DNA of 63,859 nt, counting the filler. It is 6 parts of 6 records of this genome, joined end to end, with 100 filler letters (N's around TTAATTAATTAA, not from the genome) between each part and the next. Parts side by side here need not be neighbours in the genome. Positions count along the whole stretch, not along the records: positions 18,739 to 26,240 come from SRR31156797_7535; positions 26,341 to 34,597 come from SRR31156797_7540; 4 more parts are not named here. One strand, given 5' to 3'. Numbering within the stretch: the first letter of the stretch is position 1; every line of letters begins with the position of its first letter. Positions 18,859 through 27,827 of this stretch are shown here, piece by piece. The position numbers were made by a program, and so were the translations under genes. The notes below the pieces were generated by a model, which was not told where the DNA came from, ran no database searches, and worked only from the letters and a program-made list of their open reading frames with translations.

Positions 18859-21552
18859 TTATTCCTTACCGACCGCTTCTCTCAGGTATGATTCCGCTTC
18901 ATCCCAGTTTTCAGCGCGCATGGCGATGCTGCCCAGGAGCAGGCGGGCCCTGGCGGAATAATCATCTTCGTGATTGTCGCTGACGATTTTCTTAAGTCCT
19001 TTTGCGGCCATGTCATCCAAACCGGCCATGGCCGCGGACAGGGACTTGTGAAACTGGACGGCGCGGTCGTCCGGATATCTCTTGTCCATTATGCTGAACA
19101 TCTGGAGGGCCTTTTCCAAATCCTGTCCTTGCAGCAGGGCCAGGCCCCGGATCATTTCCAGTTCCTTCCATTTGCCCGAGCGGTATTTCTTGGCCCTGTC
19201 AGCCAGCTCCAGGATTTCATCCGGTTTCATTTCCGGATCAAACAGCCGGGTGAAAGCCTGCCGGTAGTAGCATTGGGCGGCCGTGCTTTTAAGGGCTTCG
19301 ATTTCTTTTTCCGCATCCGGCGGAATTATTTCCAAACCTTTTTCAAGCAGGTCAATGGCTTGTTCATATCGCCCGCCGGTCATGGCTTCACGCGCGGCCA
19401 GGCTATGGAATACGGCCAGGTCCAGCTTGATTTCAGGAGTTTCAGATTCCGGCCCCATTTTTTGAAAAGCATTTATCGCATCCTGGTAACTACTGTTGCG
19501 ATAGTGGGAAAAACCCAGGTGGTACATAACGGAAGCCCGATTCCGGTCGGTTAGATCGATTTGTTCAAATAGTTCGGCGGATTTTTCAAATTCACCCAGT
19601 CCGAAGCGGCACATGGCCTGGGCAAAGTCAGCCGCCCGGCCCACAATGGCGTACAATTCGGCGGCTTCTGCCAGATTGCCTTCCTGTTCCAAAAGCGGGG
19701 CCAGGTATGCGGCCGCCCGCTTGTCCTTGTAGGAGTCGACGCTTTTGCGGGCCGTTTCCATGGCCTGGGCCGACTGGTCGACGCTGTTGAAGTATTCCAC
19801 CAGCAGCCACAGGCTGTCTGCGGAGAGCCGCTCAATGAAAGCAGGATCCAAATCGGCCAGGAAGCTGCTTTTCAAACCGGAATCAACAGCGGCCAGGCAC
19901 AGCTTTTTCAGCAAATTCTCATTTGCGGGCTCAAGTTGAAGAGCGGCTTCTACCGCATTAAGGGCTTTATCCGGATTTCCTGTCTCCTGGTAACATTCGG
20001 CCAGAATATCAAGGTCTGAAATGGTTAGTTTCCGCTCTTTAAAATAAGGCTCCAGGCAGGAAGCAGCCCGCTCGTAATCGGCAAGATCGAAAAGATAGCG
20101 GGCCAACATGCGATCCCGATCCAGGCCGGCCGCTACCTTTTCAAGCGCCTGGACAGCGTTTTCGGGAGGACGGCCTTTAAAGTACGCGGTCAGGTCGGAC
20201 AGCGATCCTTCACTGACCCAGACTTCACAGTGCAGAACGTCGGTTTCCTCGCCCGGAGGCAGTTTAGCCAGGACTGAAACGCCAAAAGAATCTATAAATT
20301 CACGAACACGGTCGTATTGTCCGTTTTGGGCCAGAAAAAGAGCCAAAATCTGATCCCGCCCTTTTTTTTCAGGCACGGATGAAAAAATCAGTTTTTCGCC
20401 TTCCTTGAGGCCATACCCTCCGGCAAGTTCAATAATATCATCATGCCTGCCTGCCAAGGCCAGCAGTTTAATCAGTTGCTTGTCGCGGCTCTTGGTCTTG
20501 GGCAACCCCTCTATAACTTCCAGGGCGACCTTCAGCCTCATGGAACTGACCAGGTTGCCTATTTTCCCCCAATTATCGATCTTGACAAGAAGCGGTATCA
20601 AGACGCGATTCCGCTCGTCGGACTTGGGCAGGCTCTCGACCAGTTTTATCGCGGCCTTGGCGTCGTCATAGACCTCGGCTCTGTTCCGGATCGCATCAAA
20701 ATCATTCTTACCGGCATAGAGTTTCAGCAGAAGCTTGTCGTATTTCATCTTGAGCGGCAGCTTTTCAAGAAGGCTAATGGCCTTTTCGACCTGATTCCGG
20801 TTGACCGCCATGTTTGCTTCCATCCAGGTCAGTTCTTCGGACTCTCCACCTGCAGCCCTGGCCTGTTTAATCGACTTTTCAAGCTGTTTCCAGTCCTTCA
20901 GATGAAAGTAGCCTTTGCAGGCAAATACCAGGGCCTTTTCGTACGATCCCTTTTCCCTGGTCGTCATTATCCGCGCCCATACCAGGCCGAAAAATAACAT
21001 AAGTAAAAATCCGGCGGGAAGATAGACATGGAGTTCATACATTTCCCCGCCAAACTCCTGAATGCCGGCGCTGAGTATGAAAACAGCGATGACAAAAAGA
21101 AAAGAAGCTTTAAACCCGATCCGTTTTCCCACAAGCCCGCCGAAAAGAAGGGTCACAATAAATTCAATAAATGAGAAGTAGAAGCCTTGAACAGCCTTGA
21201 AAAAAACAAAGTAGAGGATGGCTGTGGAAGCCAGAACAGCCATGGTCTTTTTTGAAGGAAATTGGCTCAGCAGCTTTTCAATTCGTTCGGGCAGTTCATC
21301 TTTATCAATCGAAGAAATTTTTTTATCAATATCGGTTCCAAAAACTTCCGAGGCCGAAACCCGGTTGAGGCTGCCCATAAAGGCAGCGACAATAAAGCCG
21401 CCGGCAGCGATAAGCACCAGCCAATGCTCCTGTTGGGGCATATTGTCGAACCAGAAATCCGGCGTCAGTTCAAATAGAAAATAGTCAAACCTTGCAAGAT
21501 ATGACAAGAGCATTGATAAAAGGTCGAATAATTTTGAATTCATGGCGTCCAT
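18859..21552 (-). CDS. Multi-pass membrane protein with long alpha-solenoid/TPR region
   Basis: 897 aa; several hydrophobic segments in the first ~195 aa, then TPR-like repeats (LAECYQETGNPDKALNAVEAALQLEP, YHLGFSHYRNSSYQDAINAFQK). Confidence 0.85.
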   Translation of the reverse strand: MDAMNSKLFDLLSMLLSYLARFDYFLFELTPDFWFDNMPQQEHWLVLIAAGGFIVAAFMGSLNRVSASEVFGTDIDKKISSIDKDELPERIEKLLSQFPSKKTMAVLASTAILYFVFFKAVQGFYFSFIEFIVTLLFGGLVGKRIGFKASFLFVIAVFILSAGIQEFGGEMYELHVYLPAGFLLMLFFGLVWARIMTTREKGSYEKALVFACKGYFHLKDWKQLEKSIKQARAAGGESEELTWMEANMAVNRNQVEKAISLLEKLPLKMKYDKLLLKLYAGKNDFDAIRNRAEVYDDAKAAIKLVESLPKSDERNRVLIPLLVKIDNWGKIGNLVSSMRLKVALEVIEGLPKTKSRDKQLIKLLALAGRHDDIIELAGGYGLKEGEKLIFSSVPEKKGRDQILALFLAQNGQYDRVREFIDSFGVSVLAKLPPGEETDVLHCEVWVSEGSLSDLTAYFKGRPPENAVQALEKVAAGLDRDRMLARYLFDLADYERAASCLEPYFKERKLTISDLDILAECYQETGNPDKALNAVEAALQLEPANENLLKKLCLAAVDSGLKSSFLADLDPAFIERLSADSLWLLVEYFNSVDQSAQAMETARKSVDSYKDKRAAAYLAPLLEQEGNLAEAAELYAIVGRAADFAQAMCRFGLGEFEKSAELFEQIDLTDRNRASVMYHLGFSHYRNSSYQDAINAFQKMGPESETPEIKLDLAVFHSLAAREAMTGGRYEQAIDLLEKGLEIIPPDAEKEIEALKSTAAQCYYRQAFTRLFDPEMKPDEILELADRAKKYRSGKWKELEMIRGLALLQGQDLEKALQMFSIMDKRYPDDRAVQFHKSLSAAMAGLDDMAAKGLKKIVSDNHEDDYSARARLLLGSIAMRAENWDEAESYLREAVGKE

Positions 21553-21573
21553 ATTACTTCCGGTCTTCTATTT

Positions 21574-22776
21574 TCAGGCGCTCCCGGCTTTTAAAGCCAG
21601 GCGAAGCGACTTGATTTTTCGGCTAAGTTGTTTATCCCGGCTAAGGCTTTCGGCCTTGCCTAAAGCGTCTTCCGCCTCCTGCTTACGCCCCAGTTGCATC
21701 AATGTGGCGCCAAGGCGCAGGTGTATTCCGGGTTCCTCGGGATCAATTTCAAGGGCCTGTTTTATTAAATCGCAGGCTTCGGTCTGCCGATGACACCTGT
21801 TAAGCAAATTGGCCAGGGCCATGTACCCCCTGGAATCATCAGGGCAGCGGCTTAATAAAACCCGCAGGGTCTGTTCCGCCTTGCGGATTGATCCGCCGGC
21901 CGACATTTCATTGGCGATTGTAAGCTCGCGCGGAGGCTCCAGAGCGGCGATCAAGGTTTGCATATCCTGGTAACGATCCTCGGGCCGCTTTGAAATGGCT
22001 TTTATAATAACTTTTTCAAGATGCAGAGGGATGGCGGGGTCCTTGGTCCGGAGCGGGGCCGGGTCCGAGTTGTTCATCCACTCAATCAGTTTGTATTCGG
22101 TGATGCCTTCCGTAAAATACGGCAGGGTTCCGGTGAGCATTTCGTAAAGGGTCATGCCCAGTGAAAAGACATCCACCCTGTGGTCGCCCCGGCGATGAAT
22201 CAATACTTCCAGCGGAGTGTAGAACCTGGTGTGTCCCCCGAATTCGGTTTCAAAAGAACCGGACCTGTCCATAACCGAGGCCATGCCAAAATCCAGGATT
22301 TTGGCCGTGTCTCCTGCTTGTTCAATAATAATGTTTTCCGGTTTAATGTCCCGGTGGACCATTTTCTTGTTGTGAGCCGCATCCAGCCCTTGCGCCACCT
22401 GGAGGGCGTATTTCAAGGCCTTTTCCAGGGGCAGCCGTTTAGCCGTGTTGGGCATGCCGAGAAGCTGGCGGAGCAGTATCCCTTCCACATATTCCATTAC
22501 CAGGGCGTATCGGCCGCCCGCGCTGATAGTGGCAATATACCTGGCGATAAAAGGTTCTTCGTTGAGTTGGGCCAGGGAAGGAATATCGCCCTTGACCAGG
22601 GATTCTTCCTTGGCCCGGTCATGGGGCACTTTAACGGCCACAAAGTCGCCGTATTTTTTTTCGACGTCCGAATAAAGATACGTGGTGGCAAAGCCGCCCG
22701 TTCCCAGGGTTCTTACGTATTTGAAACCCTTGATTTCGATTCCGTTACTCACAGGTCCTTGCTCAGCTTTCCACAA
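21574..22776 (-). CDS. Hanks-type Ser/Thr protein kinase with C-terminal TPRs
   Basis: LGTGGFATTY, VAVK, HRDIKPEN, DFG and DVFSLG motifs; TPR-like C-terminus (ALEIDPEEPGIHLRLGATLMQLGRKQEA). Overlaps the upstream gene by 14 nt. Confidence 0.93.
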   Translation of the reverse strand: MWKAEQGPVSNGIEIKGFKYVRTLGTGGFATTYLYSDVEKKYGDFVAVKVPHDRAKEESLVKGDIPSLAQLNEEPFIARYIATISAGGRYALVMEYVEGILLRQLLGMPNTAKRLPLEKALKYALQVAQGLDAAHNKKMVHRDIKPENIIIEQAGDTAKILDFGMASVMDRSGSFETEFGGHTRFYTPLEVLIHRRGDHRVDVFSLGMTLYEMLTGTLPYFTEGITEYKLIEWMNNSDPAPLRTKDPAIPLHLEKVIIKAISKRPEDRYQDMQTLIAALEPPRELTIANEMSAGGSIRKAEQTLRVLLSRCPDDSRGYMALANLLNRCHRQTEACDLIKQALEIDPEEPGIHLRLGATLMQLGRKQEAEDALGKAESLSRDKQLSRKIKSLRLALKAGSA

Positions 22777-25441
22777 AGGCTATGCGCCCGTCTTTGAGGA
22801 CGGCCTTGTATCCCACGCCCCTGTTCAGTTTACCGGCGGCCAGTTCCCTGGCCAGGGGACGGCCCAATGTTTTTTCAAAAGCCCGGTTCAATTCATGCCC
22901 GCCGCCTCCGCCGACCTGGTCGGCGATAAAGTCCAGGACGTTTTCTTCGGCAGTAATTTCGATTCCTTTTCTAACCAGCATTTCATTGAGCCGTCGCAGG
23001 TTTTGCCTGGCCATTTTCTTAAAGGCGACTTCGTCCAACGGCTTGAAAGGAATCATTTCATCGATCCGGTTCAGGAATTCAGGCCTGAAAGTGCGATCCA
23101 ACTCCTCACGAAGATCCAGGCTGATAATACCTTCGCTCTCTTCCATGAACCCGATGCGGTGCTTGTGACGGTCCAGTATTCGGGCTCCTACATTAGAGGT
23201 CATTACAAAATAGGCTTCGCGGGCGTTAACGGTTTTTCCTCTTGAATCCGTAAGCCGTCCTTCGGAAAAAACCTGCAGAAACAGATCGTGTATCTCGGGG
23301 TGGGCTTTTTCCACTTCATCCAAAAGAACCAGTGAATACTGGTTGCGCCAGAGGAATCCTGTTAACTGCCCCTCCCGGTCATGGCCGACATAACCCGGAG
23401 GAGACCCGACCAGGCGGGATATGGAGTGAGCTTCCTTGAATTCGCTCATATCAAGGCGCAGCATGGACTGTTCACTGTGAAATATGCCGCTGCACAGGGC
23501 CTTGGCCAGTTCCGTTTTGCCTGTTCCGGAAAGTCCGAGAAAGAGAAAAACTCCCCTGGGCCGGGTGGGCTCACGAAGCCCGGCCTGAGCTTGCAACACT
23601 GAATCGGCAATCCTTTTAACTGCTTCATCCTGGCCGACGACACGGCTTTGCAGATAGCTTTCAAGTTGGAGGAATTCCGATTTTCCGCTTTTTTCCAGTT
23701 CCTGAAAGGGAATGCCGCTCATTTCGGATATGACCAGCATCACGCTTTCCGTGTTGACAATGGTTGACTGCGTGGAATTGCCTACTCCGGAATCAGGCTT
23801 ATCCATGGTCTGGGAAAAAAAGCTCAGCGTGGGGATCTTGGCCGTTGTGCAAGCTTGCTCCATAAGGTTAATGGCCTTGTCCGGCAGATAGCGGTCGGAA
23901 ACATACCTGACGGAAAAGTCGACGGCTGCTTCCAGGGCGTCGTCTTCTATGATTACATCATAGTGTTTTTCCATTTTGGGCTTTATACGGGCCAGAAGCT
24001 CCACAGCTTCATCCGGGGACATTTCTTCAACTTCAACAGGTTCAAACCTGCGGTCAAGGGCTGGATCGCCGGCCAGGATGGTCTGATATTCATCCATGGT
24101 CGTGGCCCCGATCATGCGCATCCGCCCCCGCCCGAGGGCTGGTTTGAGCATATTGGCAGCGTCAAGGGATCCGCCGCCCTTGCCCGCGCCAAGAATGGTA
24201 TGAACTTCGTCTATGAATAAAACCATGTCCGGGTCGGCGGCGGCAACGTCCAGGATTTCGGTAAGCCTTTGTTCAAATTCGCCCCGGTACTTGGAACCGG
24301 CCACAAGATTGCCCATGGATATTTCTATGATGCGGATGTTTTTCATTTCTTCCGGCACCTTGCCGGACACGATCCGCTGGGCCAGTCCTTCCACGAGAGC
24401 GGTTTTGCCTACGCCGGGATCGCCCAAAAGCAGGGGATTGTTTTTTTCTCTTTTGAGCAGGCACCTGGCCAGCATGGTCATCTCTTTTTGGCGGCCGATA
24501 ACGGGCGACAGGTCTCCCTGTGAGGCCAGGGCCGTCAAATCTCGTCCTATCTGCCCAAGCACGCCTGGCAGAGGAATGACAAAGCCGGCCGCCGCCTTCC
24601 TGAGGGACTTGATATCGAATCCTATGGTTGCCAGAAACTTTAGGGCGGCGCATTCAGGGTCAAGTGAGAGAAGTCCTAAAACAAGGTCCTTTTCGGACAC
24701 CTGCCGCCCGGCCGCGCCGGCATTGTTGACGGCCGAATTCAAGACCCCCAATGTCTCGCCGTTGGGTTCGATTTCGCCGCCTTCGACCGCTGTTCCGCGA
24801 CCTATGAATCCGCGCATTCTGCGGCGGACCTGCTCCGGTTCACGGCCCTGGTCCGTCAGCAGGGAGCTGAAAAAATGCATTTTGGTCATGGCGCACAGGA
24901 TATGCTCGGCACCGATATAATTATGCTTCATGAAGCCGGCTTCCCAGAGGGCTTCACGAACCATTTCGGCAACCGCGGGTCCGAGTTGTTCTCCCGGAGG
25001 CCATGATACTTCACCCGTGAACGCGGCCACGGCTTCCAAGCCTTCTTCGGTAAGTGTAACCGACTGCATGGACCTGAGGCTGAGAGGAAGGTCGTCTATG
25101 GTCATATCACCGGCCAAAACCGTGACCAGGTTGCCTGATTTACGGCCGGAATTAAGTTCGTTGAGAAATATGTGCCATTCGGCCTTGACCCAGCGGGATT
25201 CGATGTTTTTTCGGGAGGTCCCGACCACAACCATATGCCGGCATTCCCCCAGGGCCTGGTATATGGTTTCCTGAAAATCGGCCTGTCCTGCTTCCTGGAC
25301 GGCTTCTTCGCTAAGGAAAGCCGGGATGCCCCGCTTGGTCAAAAAGTCATAGACCCGGCGGGCATGCACGAGGTCCTTCCCATTTTTGGATATAAAAACA
25401 TTCCAGCGAGGCGTCCTGCCGTCATTGCTTTCAGCGTTCAT
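22763..25441 (-). CDS. TIR domain fused to ClpA/ClpC-type Hsp100 AAA+ ATPase (TIR-ClpN-D1-D2)
   Basis: TIR: VFISK..D...VYDFL..RGI.AF, MVVVGT, SRWVKAEW. Clp_N: HNYIGAEHIL. D1: GDPGVGKT, KYRGEFE, LFIDEVH. D2: GLSGTGKT, GYVG, LLDEVEKAH. IGF loop present. GGAGG RBS. Confidence 0.92.
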   Translation of the reverse strand: MNAESNDGRTPRWNVFISKNGKDLVHARRVYDFLTKRGIPAFLSEEAVQEAGQADFQETIYQALGECRHMVVVGTSRKNIESRWVKAEWHIFLNELNSGRKSGNLVTVLAGDMTIDDLPLSLRSMQSVTLTEEGLEAVAAFTGEVSWPPGEQLGPAVAEMVREALWEAGFMKHNYIGAEHILCAMTKMHFFSSLLTDQGREPEQVRRRMRGFIGRGTAVEGGEIEPNGETLGVLNSAVNNAGAAGRQVSEKDLVLGLLSLDPECAALKFLATIGFDIKSLRKAAAGFVIPLPGVLGQIGRDLTALASQGDLSPVIGRQKEMTMLARCLLKREKNNPLLLGDPGVGKTALVEGLAQRIVSGKVPEEMKNIRIIEISMGNLVAGSKYRGEFEQRLTEILDVAAADPDMVLFIDEVHTILGAGKGGGSLDAANMLKPALGRGRMRMIGATTMDEYQTILAGDPALDRRFEPVEVEEMSPDEAVELLARIKPKMEKHYDVIIEDDALEAAVDFSVRYVSDRYLPDKAINLMEQACTTAKIPTLSFFSQTMDKPDSGVGNSTQSTIVNTESVMLVISEMSGIPFQELEKSGKSEFLQLESYLQSRVVGQDEAVKRIADSVLQAQAGLREPTRPRGVFLFLGLSGTGKTELAKALCSGIFHSEQSMLRLDMSEFKEAHSISRLVGSPPGYVGHDREGQLTGFLWRNQYSLVLLDEVEKAHPEIHDLFLQVFSEGRLTDSRGKTVNAREAYFVMTSNVGARILDRHKHRIGFMEESEGIISLDLREELDRTFRPEFLNRIDEMIPFKPLDEVAFKKMARQNLRRLNEMLVRKGIEITAEENVLDFIADQVGGGGGHELNRAFEKTLGRPLARELAAGKLNRGVGYKAVLKDGRIAFVES

Positions 25442-26240
25442 TCGCTGACACCTCCGAAGTGATAACGTTTAAAGGTCGAACTTTACTAAACAACCGATAT
25501 CATTCACGGCCCAGCGATTTTAACGACACAAGGGTCGGCCTCAATAGAGGCCGGGGAAATTAGTGACAGCGTTATGACGAATTACAGGTTTTGCGGACTC
25601 CGCTTCCCAATCTCATCGTATTAAAGAGATATAGTCACGCAAGAAACTATTTTTAATACAGCAATCGATTTTCCCCTGGTTGCGATCTTTCGGCCGGGCG
25701 CCTTAAATACACAAAATAGCAAATCATTTCATTAGATTAACAGCCCAGTCCCCAAATCAGTTTAATGAGTAGGCCGATCTATTTTTGTTATCATACTCAA
25801 GGCCCCGGGTCAAGAAAACCGGGCTTAAACCGCCCAACACCAATCATTATTACACTCATTAAACTGACAGACATCCAATTTAATATTAATCTTGACACCC
25901 ATTTTTAATAATAATTGAGAAAAATCTGCTTTAATTCGGAATAAAACGCCCTCTAAATAAAAAATAACGAGTTGGGTTGAAATATTGGTTTCGTATATAT
26001 AATTCCGGAGAAATTAAATTTAAAAAAGGCGCTTTTCTTTGAAAAAAGACGTACCTATTCTATATAAGGCATGAAACCTAATCTTAGCAGGAAAATAGGA
26101 ATGTGATTACTCAGGAGGGTGAAAAAGCCTGGGCGCAGATTTTGACGCCGCCCAGCCAGCGAAGTCCGGATGACCGCGCGGCTTTGATCATGGAGTCAAT
26201 ACGGCCGACTGCACGGTGGAAAAGGCCGCCGTAACCTTGC

Positions 26241-26340
26241 NNNNNNNNNNNNNNNNNNNNNNNNNNNNNNNNNNNNNNNNNNNNTTAATTAATTAANNNN
26301 NNNNNNNNNNNNNNNNNNNNNNNNNNNNNNNNNNNNNNNN
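26241..26340. other. Artificial contig spacer
   Basis: N44-TTAATTAATTAA-N44. Confidence 0.99.
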
Positions 26341-26365
26341 GGGGCAATTCATGAATTGCCCCTAC
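26341..26365. repeat. GTAG-type REP-like palindrome
   Basis: Perfect 22-bp palindrome GGGGCAATTCATGAATTGCCCC followed by TAC (GTAG on the minus strand), at the contig edge. Confidence 0.7.
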
Positions 26366-26380
26366 AGCATCAAAATAAGA

Positions 26381-27217
26381 TTATAAGTTTTCTAAAAAGT
26401 TTTTTAATAGTCTAAGTGAAACTTCCTTTCGGTACTCTTTATCTGATCTTTGATCAGTAATAGGAGTAATTATCTTAGAATATTCATCTATAATTTTTTG
26501 TATTTTATTTGTATCTAATTTTTTGTATTTGATAATCTTTTTCTCTAACTCTTTGCTTTTTACAATGGTTGGTGCAACTGCTCCAAAACTAAGTCTGATA
26601 TCCTGAATCTCTTCATAAGTATTAATCTCTGCCATCCCCATAAAAGAGAGCTTGGCTAAAGCAATAGAGTTTCTGGTTCCGACTTTTTTAAACTTTATTT
26701 TATTAAATCTATCAAGTGGAATAATAATCTGACTTAAAATTTCATTTTTTTCCAGAATGTTTCTTCCCGGAGCAGTGATGAAATCTTGAATTTCTACTAT
26801 TCTGCTTGAAGCTGTTTTTTCCAGTAGTAGTTTCGTTTCGCATGCATATAGTAGTGGAAGTGAATCTGCTACAGGGGAGGAATTACAAATATTCCCTCCA
26901 AGTGTAGCTGTATTTCGAATAGCCGGCGAAGCCATAGTTGCCATAACTTCTTTGAGATAACTTGGAACCACATTACTTTCCATTATATCAGAACAAGTGG
27001 CACAAGCGCCAATATATAATATGTTTTCTTCAACTTTAATATCTTTTAACTCAGGAATATTTGATATAAAAACTACAGGTTTTTCTATTGTCAAATCCCC
27101 TGTCCAACTTTTATTTTTAATCATTAAATCACTACCTCCTGCAAATAGAAGAGTATCTTCTTTGCTGATAATGTTCAGTGCTTGATCCAGTGTTTTTGGG
27201 ATATACGAATTTACCAT
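26381..27217 (-). CDS. Xanthine dehydrogenase/CoxM-family FAD-binding subunit
   Basis: FAGGSDL, IRNTATLGGNICNSSPVAD and PITDQRS..EYR motifs. Confidence 0.9.
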   Translation of the reverse strand: MVNSYIPKTLDQALNIISKEDTLLFAGGSDLMIKNKSWTGDLTIEKPVVFISNIPELKDIKVEENILYIGACATCSDIMESNVVPSYLKEVMATMASPAIRNTATLGGNICNSSPVADSLPLLYACETKLLLEKTASSRIVEIQDFITAPGRNILEKNEILSQIIIPLDRFNKIKFKKVGTRNSIALAKLSFMGMAEINTYEEIQDIRLSFGAVAPTIVKSKELEKKIIKYKKLDTNKIQKIIDEYSKIITPITDQRSDKEYRKEVSLRLLKNFLENL

Positions 27218-27681
27218 ATTTCCTTCCCCCTTTCAGCAGCCAGTTCAATAGCTTCAATGATCATATTGTATCCGGTACATCTGCAGAGATTTCCGGAAAT
27301 TCCCTCTTTGATTTGCTCATGATTTGGATTTTTATGTTGTCTAAATAAAGCCTCACTAGCCATCATCATACCGGGAATGCAGAAACCGCATTGTACGGCA
27401 CCGGCATCTTCAAAAGATTTTTTTAAGATGTTGTATCTTTCTGTTTTCTCAAATCCTTCGATAGTTATGATCTCTTTTCCTTCAATATTTGCTACAGGAA
27501 CAACACATGAATTAATTAATTTTCCATCAAGCAAAATTCCACAAGCTCCACATTCGCCGTCACCGCAACCCTCTTTTGTAGCAAATAGCCCAAACTCTTT
27601 TCTTAGCAGATCAAGAGTTCGCATTAAGGGATTTATATCTATCTCTATATTTTTATAATTTAAATTAAATTTTATTTTCAT
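27211..27681 (-). CDS. Xanthine dehydrogenase/CoxS-family [2Fe-2S] subunit
   Basis: KEGCGDGECGAC...NSC, QCGFC.PG and GNLCRCTGY motifs; RBS favours the ATG at 27681. Confidence 0.93.
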   Translation of the reverse strand: MKIKFNLNYKNIEIDINPLMRTLDLLRKEFGLFATKEGCGDGECGACGILLDGKLINSCVVPVANIEGKEIITIEGFEKTERYNILKKSFEDAGAVQCGFCIPGMMMASEALFRQHKNPNHEQIKEGISGNLCRCTGYNMIIEAIELAAERGKEIW

Positions 27682-27736
27682 AATTATACTTCCTTTTTTA
27701 TGCATTTTAAAAAACTAAAATCAAGAGATTATTTTT

Positions 27737-27807
27737 GCCACGGATAAACACGGATAAAGTCAAAATTAAAGAGATTTAATCCATGTGCATTAGTGTTAAT
27801 CTGTGGC
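27737..27807. repeat. Intergenic imperfect inverted repeat (miniature element)
   Basis: GCCACGGATAAACAC ... GTGTTAATCTGTGGC (13/15 complementary), with an internal tandem CACGGATAAA. Confidence 0.55.
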
Positions 27808-27827
27808 TCATAATCTTTTGATATTAC

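Noticed and set aside
21574-25441. Type VI secretion ClpV plus PpkA kinase
   Set aside because: No T6SS structural genes are visible, and the ATPase has a TIR domain and an IGF ClpP-docking loop, unlike ClpV.
22763-25441. Housekeeping clpB/clpC
   Set aside because: No middle coiled-coil domain, an extra TIR domain and a non-housekeeping neighbourhood, so no gene symbol was assigned.
16546-25441. TIR-Clp operon as cargo of the phage
   Set aside because: Separated by an artificial spacer; the adjacency is not biological.
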